64,000 bases of DNA from contig NC_058377.1 in assembly GCF_018350175.1 (NCBI RefSeq), positions 61,070,001-61,134,000 on the forward strand, written 5' to 3'. The notes beneath the pieces are model-generated. The model made no database searches and was not told where the DNA came from. It saw only the letters and a program-made list of their open reading frames with translations. The stretch is from Felis catus. Its lineage: Eukaryota. Position 1 is the first letter of the stretch. Each line of letters begins with the position of its first letter. The translations under genes were made by a program, and so were the position numbers. Positions 48,608 to 62,735 of this stretch are shown here, in pieces.

Positions 48608-50089
48608 AGTCTCTTGTTTCCTTAGCTCTTGAAGGTGTGGATATAACTAAAGGAAGTTAATTTTACTGTACTCTGGGTTGATTATTTTTTAAATGCTCCT
48701 CTTATCAAAAGATCTTGAAGATCCTAAAGTTACAAACTTTGGAGAATGCTGTCTGTTCTTTAATCTCAATACCTTCTCTCCATATTGGTGTTGAATGCAT
48801 ATTCTTCTGACCATAGGGTTCCATTACAGTAGGGCAAACATCGCACTCAAAGCCCCTTCCCTTTTAACTAGGGAGATTTAGTGAACCTCTATCTCTCTGT
48901 ATTTGAAAATAGGATAGTATTCCAGCTGGGCACAATCAGTTTCTGTCAACTGCTTTGCTTTCTCAGAAAAAACAATAACTAAATTTGAATATAAAATAAG
49001 AAAGATCTTCATAGATTGCTCAGTTAAAAACTTTGTATCTGATTTCTCTGAGAACAATACTGGGATACTTCGTGCAGTTAAAAAAAAGTGTCTCCGGTTT
49101 TCACCTTTCATTTCAGCACCTTCTTCCTTATTCTTCATGAAAACCTGTAGGCACTATGTGCCCTCAGTATGCCACCTCCTACCTTTATGGAGAATCATGA
49201 AGTGAAAGTACCTGAAAACAATACTTGTGTTAAAGGATGAAACTCTTGTTTTTAAGAGAAGCTTGAGTGTATAAAATTCTAACAGTGGTTTTGAGTCATA
49301 TTTAATCAGAATTTTTCCTTGGGAGTGTGGTGCATGTGTGTGTGAAGTGTATTTAGGCAACCTGTTATCCATAGGACCACTTTGTCCTCTCCAAATCCCT
49401 CTTTATTTGTGGAATGCAACATACATGCATCCTTTGGGACTTGATGCTTTGCAAAAGTAGATGAATCTTAGACAAGTTCAGGTAGAGATTAAATTTTCAG
49501 TCACTTACTTTACAAGAATTTTCTGGATATATTTACAAGTATTTTGTGTAATCTTATGGGGACATATCTCCTCTATGACTCCTAAGGATCAAATATCTTT
49601 TTATTATTCTTCTTGAATTTGTTGTGAGCAGAAACTGATGTGTGCATAAAAATAATGAAATAGAACATAGAAATGACTGCTCAGGAGCCTAGAAACTAAT
49701 TTTCTGATGGCATGTTTACTATGTGATGGTATGAAAATGATTGTACAACTTTGCAATGTGACTGAGCCAGAACATGTATCTTCAGGATTTGGAAGTATGA
49801 AAGATTATATTTCAGCAAGGAACATGGACTTCGGTAAACAGTTTCTGAAAGGAGTTAATGGACAATGACACAGGGGTATCTAAATATGATTATCTGAAGA
49901 ATTTATTTCCTGTGAGCACATTAAATGCTCTTTTCTCTTAGGTATAGAAAGATGCACATTCTGAGTTTTTGATGTCCTCTTTTGTCAAAAGTGAACCCAA
50001 AAGCATTCTTCCCTGTGTTTTCTTTATTTGAATGTTGCATCTCATTTTAAATACAGATCAAATTTAATAATATTTAAGAATAAAATACA

Positions 50090-50255
50090 GGGGTGCCTGG
50101 GTGGTTCAGTCAGTTAAGTGTCCAATTTTTTATCTCAGTTCAGGTCTTGATCTCAGGGTTGTGAGTTCAAGCCCCGCACTGGGCTCCATGCTGAGCATGA
50201 AGCCTACTTAAAACAAAAACCAAAAACCAAAAAAAACAAACAAAATAAAATAAAA
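50090..50255 (+). mobile_element. Short Can-SINE (SINEC_c-type)
   Basis: ggggtgcctgggtggttcag...agcctacttaaaa, with no CT tract. Confidence 0.85.
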
Positions 50256-50655
50256 ATTGATTTCTTTACATTTATACATTTTTATTTTTATAAGTTGATT
50301 TTAAATCTCCATTCAATACATGACCCCCTATCTTCAAAGCCACACAGGATTACCAACATGATTTCCTAAAGAAACTAAATTCAATGTCCTACCTTTTGAG
50401 GGAAAGTTCATACATATTTCCAGTTGGTCTGATTAACAGGATTCAGATATGCTAATCTGTAAGTAGTGATGTTCTCTATTAAAATTTTAATGGTTTCTTT
50501 ATCTTCATGTCCTAACTGTGTCTTTTATAGTCATAATGTTCATTGTCTCAAATCATCCCCTAACTTTTCTTGATATAAATTCCATGCACTACAACTAAAA
50601 GCTAAGCAGTGTTTAGTGGCAACAACACTAAAAATATATTTAAACACTATATATA

Positions 50656-50978
50656 GGGTCAGTGCCCCTAACCCCTATGTTGTTGGGGATCAAGCACCAA
50701 TGCAGTTGAAAATCCACTTATGACTTTTGACTCCCCCAAAACTTAACTACTAACAGCCCACTGTTGACTTGAAAACTCGCCAATAATATAAACAATTAAA
50801 GCATATTTTATATATGTTTTATCTACTGTATTCTTACAATAAAGTAAGCTAGAGAAAAGTGAGTGTTATTAATAAAATCATAAGAAAGAGAAAATATATT
50901 TACAGTATTGTACTGTGTTTACAAAAAAATCCACATGGACTCACGCAGTTCAAATTCATGTTGCTCAATAGTCAACTG
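50656..50978 (+). mobile_element. Tigger2a-like MITE
   Basis: gaaaatccac..acttttgactcccc..aacttaactact; actgtattcttacaataaagtaagctagag; right TIR catgttgctcaatagtcaactg. Confidence 0.75.
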
Positions 50979-51252
50979 AATATATATAAATGATATAAAG
51001 CTCACAGAAGAAAATTTACAGTTCTAAATTTCTAGATATCTCTGTTTATTAAGTAAATTTCATCATTAGTTAATAACCTTCCCCCCCAAATCAGGTTCTG
51101 ATCATTTCACTGATGAATTCTTCTGAACACTAAAGAAATTATGTCAATCCTCTAAAATCACTTCCAGATTATAGAATCATAAAGAATATTGACTCATTTT
51201 AGGAAGCTGGATATATCCTAACACCAAAGTCAGTTAAAGATGTCCAAAAATA

Positions 51253-51389
51253 AAACTGAGAACAAACTGAGGGTTGATGGGGGGTGGGAGGGAGGAGAGG
51301 GTGGGTGATGGGTTTTGAGGAGGGCACCTTTTGGGATGAGCACTGGGTGTTGTATGAAAACCAATTTGTCAATAAATTTCATAAAAAAA

Positions 51390-51424
<35 letters not shown>

Positions 51425-51429
51425 AATAA
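51253..51429 (+). mobile_element. Very short felid L1 3' end
   Basis: Same 3'UTR as 34350-34490; 17-bp TSD aaagatgtccaaaaata (51236-51252 and 51430-51446). Confidence 0.93.
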
Positions 51430-52082
51430 AAAGATGTCCAAAAATATATATAGACCATTTCTCAAACTTATATCTCATGAACAGATGAAAAAATCTTCAA
51501 TGAAATGTTAGTAAATTTAAGCTAATAATTTATCAAAATAACTATACAACATGACCAAATGGTGTCTATTTTTGGTATATAAGACTGATTTAACATTCAG
51601 AAAACCATGTAGCCTAGAATATCAGCCTACAGAAGAAAAATCACATTGATCATATAAATGGTTAAAGGAAAAAAAATTTTTAAATGGCAACAGCACATAT
51701 TTATAATAAAAATATGAAGCAAACAAGGAATAAAGGAGAGCTCCGTCAATTTGATTAAAAAAATTAAAACCTAGAACTAAAACATATGTAAATTTAAAAA
51801 GTAATTAATAACCCAGTTAAAGCTTGAGTAAAAATTTTGTCCAGACATCCCACAAATAGAATATACAGATTGAAAATAAACACATGAAAAGATGCTCAGC
51901 ATATTTTTCCATTAAGGAATTACAAATTAAAAAATGCAATAAGATTCCACTTCACACAATGGCTAAAATTAAAAATAAAGCAATATCAAATGTAGGTCAG
52001 GGTGCAAAGAAAGCAAGAGAACTTTTCACTCATTTTTGGTGGAAATGCAAACTGACACAGTCACTTTAGAAAAACATATGGA

Positions 52083-52295
52083 GGGATGTCTGAATGGCTC
52101 AGTCGGTTAAGTGTTGAACTTCAGCTCAGGTCATGATCTCTCAATTCGTGAGTTTGAGGTCCACATTGGGCTCTGTGCTGACAGCTTGGAGCCTGGAACC
52201 TGCTTAGATTCTATGTCTCCTTCTCTCTCTCTGTCCCTCCCCTACTAGCACTCTGTCTCAAAAATAAAAGTAAACATTAAAAAATTATTTAAAAA
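52083..52295 (+). mobile_element. Can-SINE nested in L1
   Basis: 15-bp TSD agaaaaacatatgga. Confidence 0.92.
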
Positions 52296-54374
52296 AGAAA
52301 AACATATGGAAGTTTCTTACAAAACTGAATATAGTCTTACCATGTGATTCACAATTACATTCCAAAGAATTTACCCAATGGGTTTGAAAACTATGTCCAC
52401 ACATAAACCTGCACATGGATACTTACAGCAACTTTATTCATAAAGAATTAGAAGTAACCAAGATGCCTTTCAATAGGTAAATGAATATCCAAACTGTAGT
52501 ACCTCCTACAATGGATATATTCAGCATTAATAAGGTACCAAAAAATGAAAAAAACACAAATGAATCTTAAATGCATATTCTGAAGTAAATGAAGTGAATC
52601 TGAACGGGCTTTATATTGGGTGACTCTAGTGAAATTATATTATGAAAAAGCAAAGCTATCGAGACCACAAACATATCCATGCATCCCAGGGGGAGCAAGA
52701 GTGGGGAGATGTTGAATATGTGAAGCACATGGAAGGTTTTAGGTTCTATATGATACTATAAAGGTGGGTTATGATATGCATTTGACAAAACTCTTAGAAT
52801 TTTAGAACACAGATGATCTTAATGTATGCAAATTTTAAAAAATCAACAAGGAGTTCAGGGGAATCCATGATGAAATACAAAAATATGAGAAACACTGTGT
52901 GTTAAAAATGTAGGGAAAAACCTCACTAAAATGGATGGGGAAAATGTTTTAACCTAACTCGGGAAATGAGTGGAGTCTGTGAGACTAAAAGCAAAAGACC
53001 TATACATACAGCATTGTATTCTAGTGGATAATTTTTCCCCATAGGGTTATAGGTTAACAATTCTAATACAGCTACATATGCATAGTGTTATTAAACAATT
53101 ATGTAACTGTAGGGCATATAGTGGGGACCAGGTTTCTCAGTTTTGGAACGGCAGTTTACAGAGAAACATGAAGGGATACTAGAATACTTCTCGTGGTGAC
53201 AGATTAGAGTTAGCCATTACTATGTTTAGTATTAGATAGACAACAGATGACAGAAAGATGATAGATAAATAGATGATGGATATTTATATATGTGTGTACA
53301 TACACACAGGCTAGGATACACATATATATTTCCTTGCTCTGCCAGCTGAGAGGGTCTTAAACTAATGACAGTCCAGTAGCAAAGCACACCCAGCACCAAA
53401 ACTTTGTTTCCAGTAACATTATCCAATTAAAGGAATCAGTAATCCTTGGAAAAATATCACAATCTAAGATTGGGGCAGGTGATATATAGGATACACCTGT
53501 AGCAATTTATGGTCCCAAAAGTAAGGAGGTGACCCTCCCCCCCCAAAAAAAAAACACACAATTGTGAGGTTAAGTCAAAGGGACACAGGAGTCAACTGAA
53601 AGAGTTCCTAATAGCCAAAGCTGGTCAGTGTGAAAAAATAAAGTAGTATTGGATTACGGTCTAAAGTATAAAATAAATATTAGAGCCCGTACTGATAAAA
53701 ATAAATGATTGAATACATAAATAACTAAGGGACTAGATTAATTCTCATGCAAAATATTCCCAAACAATATTATGAGGATGCTCCATTCTAAAGGAGGTGG
53801 AGCGTAACTAGTCACTGTTTAATTTGTGGGCTACACATTGCAACTTACTGCCAAAGAGTAAACTTGGAAATGGGTGGAGAGAGAGAGAATCCTGACAAAC
53901 ACATCCTCAGCCAGGTGATGAAGCTTAATATCAATAGTGATAAACTATGTTGATAGTATATACCCTTGATATGTTTTGACATAAGTAATAGTATACCTCA
54001 TCGATCTTCTCCAATAATATAACTTTAGTCTAATCATGGAGGAGATAATCATACTAATCTCAATTAGGGGATATTTTACAAAAACCTAACTAGTACTTCT
54101 AAAAACTGTAAAGTCATCAAAATTAAGAAAAGCCTGAGTAGTAACTGTCACAGTCAAGAGAACCTAACAGAACTAACTAGGTATCACTAGTAACTGTAAC
54201 TTGGTATCCAGGTACAACTAAGGGAATCTGAGTAACATATGAAGTTTAATAAAATATGAACTTTAGTTAATATTGGTTCATTAATTATAAAAAAATAACC
54301 ATATAATGTATAATTTTACTGGTAGGGGATCTTGGGCAGGAAGGCCAGCCTGGTACTGCAAGAGGAGGCAGAAC

Positions 54375-54626
54375 ATTGTCCTTGGGAAGGTAGCCCAGGT
54401 TATATTTTTATACTTGTGGAAGGTCTCCCATGAAAAAGTTGAGATAGGCAGGGCAGTTCAGCACAGTAGACACTGAGGAGAGTTTTGGGAAGTTGTACCA
54501 GGTAGTACCATTTACAGATATATCACAGATGAAAGAGCCCTTTATTTTCAGCTGCCCCACAGAAAGCAAGCACCCAGGCACTCTATGGTATGGTGGACTT
54601 CGCTGCAAATGTTAGCCTGGGTGAGT
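54375..54626 (+). promoter_or_regulatory. Possible relic promoter/exon 1 of the OR52E-like pseudogene
   Basis: O/E-like tccttgggaa at 54379-54388, donor TGG|GTGAGT at 54621; acceptor tgtctccccag at 59570-59571. Confidence 0.3.
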
Positions 54627-56339
54627 GATCAGAACCCAGAACCATGGAAATGGTTGCAAAACCATAGATACAAAGGAGAGGACTGTCTTTCTCTCTGGAT
54701 GTTAAGGGAAAAGAAGCTTTCGCCAAGTAGCCTCAAAAGTCTGACCTTCACATTTATGATTCTCTTTAATTAAACTTTAAACCACTGAAATTTCCAGTTT
54801 CAAATGGATGTACTTATTACCAGATCATCAGCATGATTACCAGGTATCATCAGCACAACAACAGAGTTGAGATACAGTCTTAGAGAATGACAGGTTGTAT
54901 TTGCCATGTTTTAATTCCAACACCTTTTCCTAGCCAAAAATAGCTCCCTGAAATTCACTTGCCTTTGCTTTGTGTAACCCTTCCCCTCCCCCAAAAAGTC
55001 AGCATATTTTCATTGCTCTAGTTGCCAAGGTCCACTGAAATCCTCAGGCTTTTCTTTCCTTCCAGTCTTAGCTCTTCCTGGCCCTGGGAACACCCTGGAC
55101 CCCCACCAAGTTTAGATCAGATGATTAATGGTCTAAATTGTCAACCTCTTTCTTCTTATTCTTGAAGAACACACATTATCTTTTTTATTTTATTGTCTGA
55201 CTGTTAAACACTACAGAAAATAAAACAGGAAGAAAAAATGAATATTTTACTATGTAAAGTAATTTCCATACTTTACTATATAAAGTAACTTTCATGGATC
55301 TATAGGCTTTAAATAGCTGTACAGTTTTAAATAGAAGATTTATTTTCTCTTTAACTTATAAATTTACCTCTATAAATACTTCTATATTTACCTTAGCAAA
55401 AACACTATTGCTCAAGGTGAATTTAGTAACAGGGAGAGAGACACGTACTCAATTTCTAATCATACAACTTATGTTTATGAGTTATCTAAGACAAATGCCT
55501 TAGACTCTCCTAATCTTAGCTTTATACTTTATACAGATTTTTACTTTATAAAAAATCTTTATAAAAAAAGTTTTATACTTTATACAGATTTATACTAAAT
55601 TTGACTTTAAATCTGCTATAACACCATCTACCTCAGAGAGTTGTTTTGAAATTTGAATGAGAATATTTATAAAGCATCAAGTACAGTGTTTGGTAAGTAT
55701 TATTTTCTTTGATTGACTTTTGCTGGCATAAAGTCAGTCAAATAAAGCAGAACAATAGCTATGTACATATCTGAAGTAGAGAAAAATATACATCCCAAAG
55801 GCCATCTCAATTGGTACATTCCCAGTTGATGAAGGCTCTGGCTTCCTAAAATAAGTTTGAATTTTAATAATAGAGTAATATGAAATTTGATTGAGTGTGT
55901 TCAGGAAGATGTTTGAACAATTTTAGTAGGGCACAAAAATACCATACTACTAGCAAAACAAATGATACATTTAAGAAAGCTCAGAGGGAATAGTTAAGGC
56001 ACATCCTCGGATATACTGCTAGCATGCTGTGTGGTTGTATACTTCCCATCGGATGTCATTATTCAGAGTAATTTTGATCATCAGTGAACTTCTGCAAATA
56101 ATCATAAAGAATATACCATGGTTAGCATTTGACTTAAAAGCTTATGTGTGAGTATGAATAAAAAAGAAAATATCAGGAATAAATTTTAAGTTTATTCCAA
56201 ACAAAATCATAACCTTAAGATAGGTTATTTATTTTATTTTATGCTCCCTGAGTAGGGCTGTGAAATATTTTAGTTGGATTTTAAGATTTTTAGCTCTGTA
56301 TTAATTGAGGTAAATAATTCTGTTTTAAAATAAGCTCTA

Positions 56340-56545
56340 GGGGCACCCTGGAGGCTGAGTTGGTTAAGTGTCCAAATCTTGATCTCTGCTCATGTCATGA
56401 TCTCACAATTTGTGAGTTTGAGCCCCACATAGGTCTCTGCACTGATGACACAGGGCCGCTTGAGATTCTGTCTCTCCTTCTCTCTGTCCCTCTCTCCCTC
56501 TCTCTCTCTCAAAATAAATAAACTTAAAAAAATAAAATAAAATGA
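56340..56545 (+). mobile_element. Can-SINE
   Basis: SINE head, CT tract, A tail; degenerate TSD aaata(a)agctc. Confidence 0.88.
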
Positions 56546-56759
56546 AATAAAGCTCCAAAACAGAATATTCTATTAAAGCAAATGATACCATACTTCATAA
56601 AAAGATGGCACTTATTTTCACTAGTTTTATGTATCAAACCATTTAATTATGGAGCATTTCAAACATCTACAGATGAACACAAATGCATAATGCTCTCATC
56701 ATACAATGTCAACAACTGTAAACATTCTATTCTCTCCAGGCTTGGATTTGATTTTTTAA

Positions 56760-58970
56760 AGTAAAATTTGCATGTGTTTAAATATACAAGTCTTATCTGT
56801 ACAGTTTTGAAAAAGGATATACCTATATATCCCACACCTTTATAAAGATATAATATTTTTCTATCACCTCAAAAAATCCTCTTTGTTCCTTCCCAATCTG
56901 TCTGTGACCCATTTCAATCCTCAGGCAACCAGTGAATGGATATTTTCAGTACCCATTTTTTTAAAGATTTTATTTTTAAGTAATCTCTACACCCAAGATG
57001 GGGCTCAAACTCACAACCCAGAGATCAAGAGTCGCAGGCTCTATTGACTGAGCCAACCAGGTACCCATTTTTTTTGTATGCTCTGGATCTTCATATAAAT
57101 GAAATTATGTAATTAGTACTCTTTAGTAACTAGTAGCAGTCGATAGCTCAATATAATGATATAGAGTCATCTATGTTGTTGTACATAGAGTGAATCCATT
57201 TTTATTGCTGAGTAGAATTTCATTGGGTAAACATTCCAAAATTGATTTGTCTATCCACTGTTGATGAGTATTTGTGTTGTTTCCACACAGGGCAGTTGTG
57301 GGTAAAGCCGCTACAAACATTCTTATACAAGTCTTTGTGTGGACATATGCTTTCCTCACCTTGAGTAAGCTCTTAGGAGTTCAGTCATAGGTAATTAGGA
57401 GAATCTGTTGCTCCACATCCTTGCCAAAATTTGGTGTTGTGCTTTTTAATTTTGGCCATTCTAGTAGGTATGTAACAAGATGTCATGTTAGTTTTAATGT
57501 ACAATTCCTGAAGCCTAATAATTTTGAGACATTCAGTGTCATTTGTATATTTTTCTCTGCTAAGTGCCAGTGTAGGTCTCTCCTTTTCCCATTGCTTGTT
57601 TTCTTATGTTGTTAGTTATAAGCATTGTCGTATGTTCCTAACACAAATTCTCTTACAGAAGGGATTGTGAATGCTTTCTCCCAGTCTTTGTCCTCTAAGT
57701 CCACTTAACAGTAAATTTCAAAATTTAATAACATGTAACAAGGCTATTTTCTTATGGTTATTGCTTTTGTGTTCTAAAAAAATATTACTTCCTACTGGGT
57801 TGCAAAGATACTCTTCTTCCTTTGATTTCACACATGTTAAAATTGGAGTTTTGTTTTGTTTTTAATACTTAGTTCTATTTTAGAAATGTAATTAATATTT
57901 GATTTTTTTGTGANNNNNNNNNNNNNNNNNNNNNNNNNNNNNNNNNNNNNNNNNNNNNNNNNNNNNNNNNNNNNNNNNNNNNNNNNNNNNNNNNNNNNNN
58001 NNNNNNNNNNNNNNNNNNNNNNNNNNNNNNNNNNNNNNNNNNNNTGGTATAAGAAACTGTGCTATCTTCACTGAATTACTACATTGGTCACTTTAGAACA
58101 TTTGACTGAGGATGTAAAATATGTCTATTCTGTTCTTTCTATTAAGCACTCCCTATCTATTTGTCCGTTATCATAATGACTTACTATACTGTTTAAAGTT
58201 TGAAGTCTTTTATTTTAAGTTCCGATGTTTTGTTATTCTTTTTCCAATGAATTTAGGGTATTCATATAATTATTTTAGAATGAGTTTAAATTTCTTGGTT
58301 ATTGATTGAAGTTGTTTTATTAAGCAACTTAGGAAGAACTGACATCTTAACATATTTCAGTCTTTCAAACCACTTTTAAAACTTTTTTAGGTCTTTTTAA
58401 TTACTGTCATGTTTTATAATTTTAAGTGCTTATGGCTAACTACTCCATGCTTTTGATGCCACTGTAAGTGGTAGTATGAATTTTCACAGAATTTTAACTT
58501 AAATTTTAATTTCTCATTGTTTGCTAACAGTATATAGAAAAGTATTGATTCTATACCTGATTGATAAGCTAAATGGTTTTAAATTCTTGATTTCTATCTA
58601 AGTGTTCATGTGACTTATGAATTGGAAAGTTGGCTTCTTTCATTCCAATCTTACTGTCTTTTTATTTATTTTTTCTTGATATATTGACCTTGTTGGAACC
58701 TCCAGTAAAATATTAATATAATTGATGCCAGTCGATATGTTTGTCTTATTCCCAATCTTAGAAACAAATCTTTCTGTGTTTCACCATTCAGTATGATATT
58801 ATCTGCAGATTTTTCATATATTCCTTTCACTAAATTGAACCACTTTTAGTTTTTGCCTAATTTGCTTAAAGTTTCTTTTTTAAAGTATCATATATGGATG
58901 CTAAATTTAATTACTAGTTTTTACTTGTTTTAGAATTATCTTTTCTTTGAGTTGTTTATACGGTGAATTT
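56760..58970 (-). mobile_element. Old L1 fragments (antisense)
   Basis: ttttattgctgagtag; acaagtctttgtgtggacatatgc; ggaagaactgacatctt; tttcaccattcagtatgat. Confidence 0.65.
56956..57066 (-). mobile_element. Short tRNA-derived Can-SINE
   Basis: ttaaagattttatttttaagtaatctctacaccc..gagatcaagagtcgc..gactgagcca; flanking gtacccattttt. Confidence 0.8.
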
Positions 58971-59504
58971 TTTTACTGTAAAAGTAGAAAAATACTAATA
59001 ATAAATTCACCAACCATAGCATAAAAGCACCACTTTATTAAAAGATACATATATATATATACACACAAACACAGTCTCATTAAAGCAAATAAAGGGAAAA
59101 GTAACACTTAACAAAGAAGGGACTATGACAGGTAAATAAGCCTTATATGTAGACATTCTTGATCCTCATATCCAAAGTTTCTTCCCATTCCAATTCCTCA
59201 ACATATTGTAGTTTTTCACAACATATTGTAGTTTTCTCTTATGTTTCCACTCAACTAATCAAAGTAACTTGAAAATGTAATACAAGTTTTGCTTACTGGC
59301 AGCGTTTTCAGCTGGTACTAGTGAATACAGACGAGGATTTCACAAAAGAATGAGCTAAAGATGATCATGGATCACTATACCACACTACCACCAGAAAAGA
59401 CTGTTTCTAACTTCTACAGTTCCCATGGAATATTAAGTGGGATAGTCAATAATTTGAATTTAATCGTCAATTGTCCTCAAATGACTTTCCATTATGATTT
59501 TTAG

Positions 59505-60553
<1,049 letters not shown>

Positions 60554-61049
60554 CCCAAATGTATTCAAAAATTAATAAATTCTTCTAGGCTAACCTTCAA
60601 CTTGTACATCTCTCAGGGTGTCCCCAATTGGGATTACGTAAAGGTCATTCAGACATTACTTCAGCCTTTATTATAGTCTCTTAAACTCACACTCATTGGT
60701 GCCTTTATGTAATTTCCATTTTTTCAATAGATTATATATTACTTTTTCTCACTGAAGGTGAGAGAAGATTGTGGGGCCTTGTAAAAGATGTAATCAAATT
60801 CTTGAATGCATGTGGACATGCCAGCAGTAAAATTTATGTACAGATTTGATAAAAAAGAAGATTTTGGTGGTATAAAATTTTTCAGGTTTTGGAAATATTC
60901 ATGCATCAATATTTTAGAATATGTTCTTCAACTACCTATTTGTCTGCCAATGTTACTTTCATCTTGGAGCTATTTCTTAATTTCACTCAGAGGGTTATTG
61001 CAATGTGCATGCTAATTATCACTCAATTTATCTTCTTAAAGAGTTGAAC

Positions 61050-62735
61050 CCATTCTATATTGCCATCTCTATAATCATACCAAAGGCAGAGGAAAACATT
61101 CATGAAAATAAAATTAGTTATAAAATTTCTTCATAAATGCAGCTATAAAAAGTATTAACAAAATTATGCAAACTGAGTTTAATGATATATAACATTATCC
61201 TGTATCATGACCAAGTAGCACTTATCTTACAAATGCATGGGAAATTTTTGCATTCAAAAATCAATTAATGTTTTCCCCCCATAATTTCAGACAAAAGTAA
61301 CTACATGTGGTGTTAATAAATGCATAAAAAACATTTGAAAAAATCCATCATGAATTCCAGATAAAAATTTCAGAAAACTAGAAAGAGAAAGGAACTTATA
61401 AATAGGATAAAGGAAGCCTATGAAATTTGATAGATTACATCACAGTAAGAAAGACTGAATATTTTGTCTCTGTTATAAAAAAATACAAGGCTGCCTGTTC
61501 TTATAATGTCTATTTGCTTCTGTACTGGGGATTCTAGCCAATGCATTAAGGTAAGTAAAAGGAAATAAAAATCATTGATATTAGGAAGAAATTACCTGAT
61601 GATCTGTTTTTTTCTATGTAGGAAAATCTTATGTAACATACTAAAACTACTAGATCTAATATGTGAGTTTATCGAGTTCAGAGGATACAAGTTTACTATA
61701 CAAACAGTTAAAGTTCTTATTTTAATGGCATTCTATTAGAAAGTTAAATAAAAATATTGCTTGCCATAGCCTAAAAAGAGAATATTTAGGGACACATTTG
61801 ATAAAAAAAGAAAAGTAAGACCTGAAGAGAGATAACTAAAAAGTATTGCTAAGATAAACTGATGAAGGCATATATAAAAGGAGACATATACAATCATCAT
61901 ATATCCAAGTCTTGATATTGTGAATATTTCTATTCTCTCCAAGTTGATATATAGATTTAATCACATTTCAATATAATTTCCAGCAGACTTTTTCTTATAG
62001 AAATTGAAAAGCTGATTCTAAAATCTATATAGAAATGTAAAGTAACTGAACAAGGTTAACAAAATTGGAGGACGTAATAAAGACAGAATGCTAGTGGCAT
62101 AAAGATATGAAAATTAATCACTAAATTAGCATAGGAAGCCCCCAAACAGATCTGCACATATAGTCTTAGTTGATTTTCAACAAAATGATAAGGTAATTCA
62201 ATACAAAATGGATAGATTTGGAGCAATTAGATGATCATATACAAAAATATGCACCCCAAACTATACCTTACATCCCATACAAAAATAAAGTAAAAGTGGA
62301 TCATAAATTTAAATGTAAAACTTAAAATTAATAAAACTTCTAGGACACATTATATTAAAGAATAATAATTAGATATACTTTTTAAATTATTGAACTGAAT
62401 TTCATAAAATTTAAGAGTTTTTGTTTTTCCAAAATACAATTAAGAGAATACAAACACAGGTTACAGAGTTCAAGAAAATTTTGCAAATTAAATATGTGAT
62501 AATGGACTTTCATTTAGCATACACAGAGTAGTTTCAAAATTAGATAAAGAAAACCAACCATTCAATAAATTGGAAAAGATATTTTAGTGAATTTTTCATC
62601 AAAAGATATATACAGATTGAAAATCACTGCATAAAACATTCTCAGTATCATTAGTAATTAGGAAATCTATTTAAAATCTCAGTGACATACAACACACTAT
62701 TATGATGTCCAAAAATTAAAGATACTGACTGAAAA
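61050..62735 (+). mobile_element. Old L1 ORF2 remnant (sense)
   Basis: catgaccaagt; aaaacatttga; ttctagccaatgca; aattgaaaagctgattctaaaat; gattttcaacaaa. Confidence 0.7.

Larger units (their letters stand above)
51040..54320 (+). mobile_element. Old L1 (L1MC/L1MD-type) ORF2 remnants and long 3'UTR
   Basis: ttcactgatgaattc; cacatgaaaagatgctca; gcaactttattcata; tttccttgctctgccagctgagagg; aatattggttcattaatt. Confidence 0.7.

Noticed and set aside
25930-59240. Scattered 14-21 bp tandem duplications (25933, 27254, 35006, 55520, 59198) as an array or CRISPR-like system
   Set aside because: Unrelated two-copy slippage duplications in eukaryotic DNA, with no repeat-spacer periodicity.
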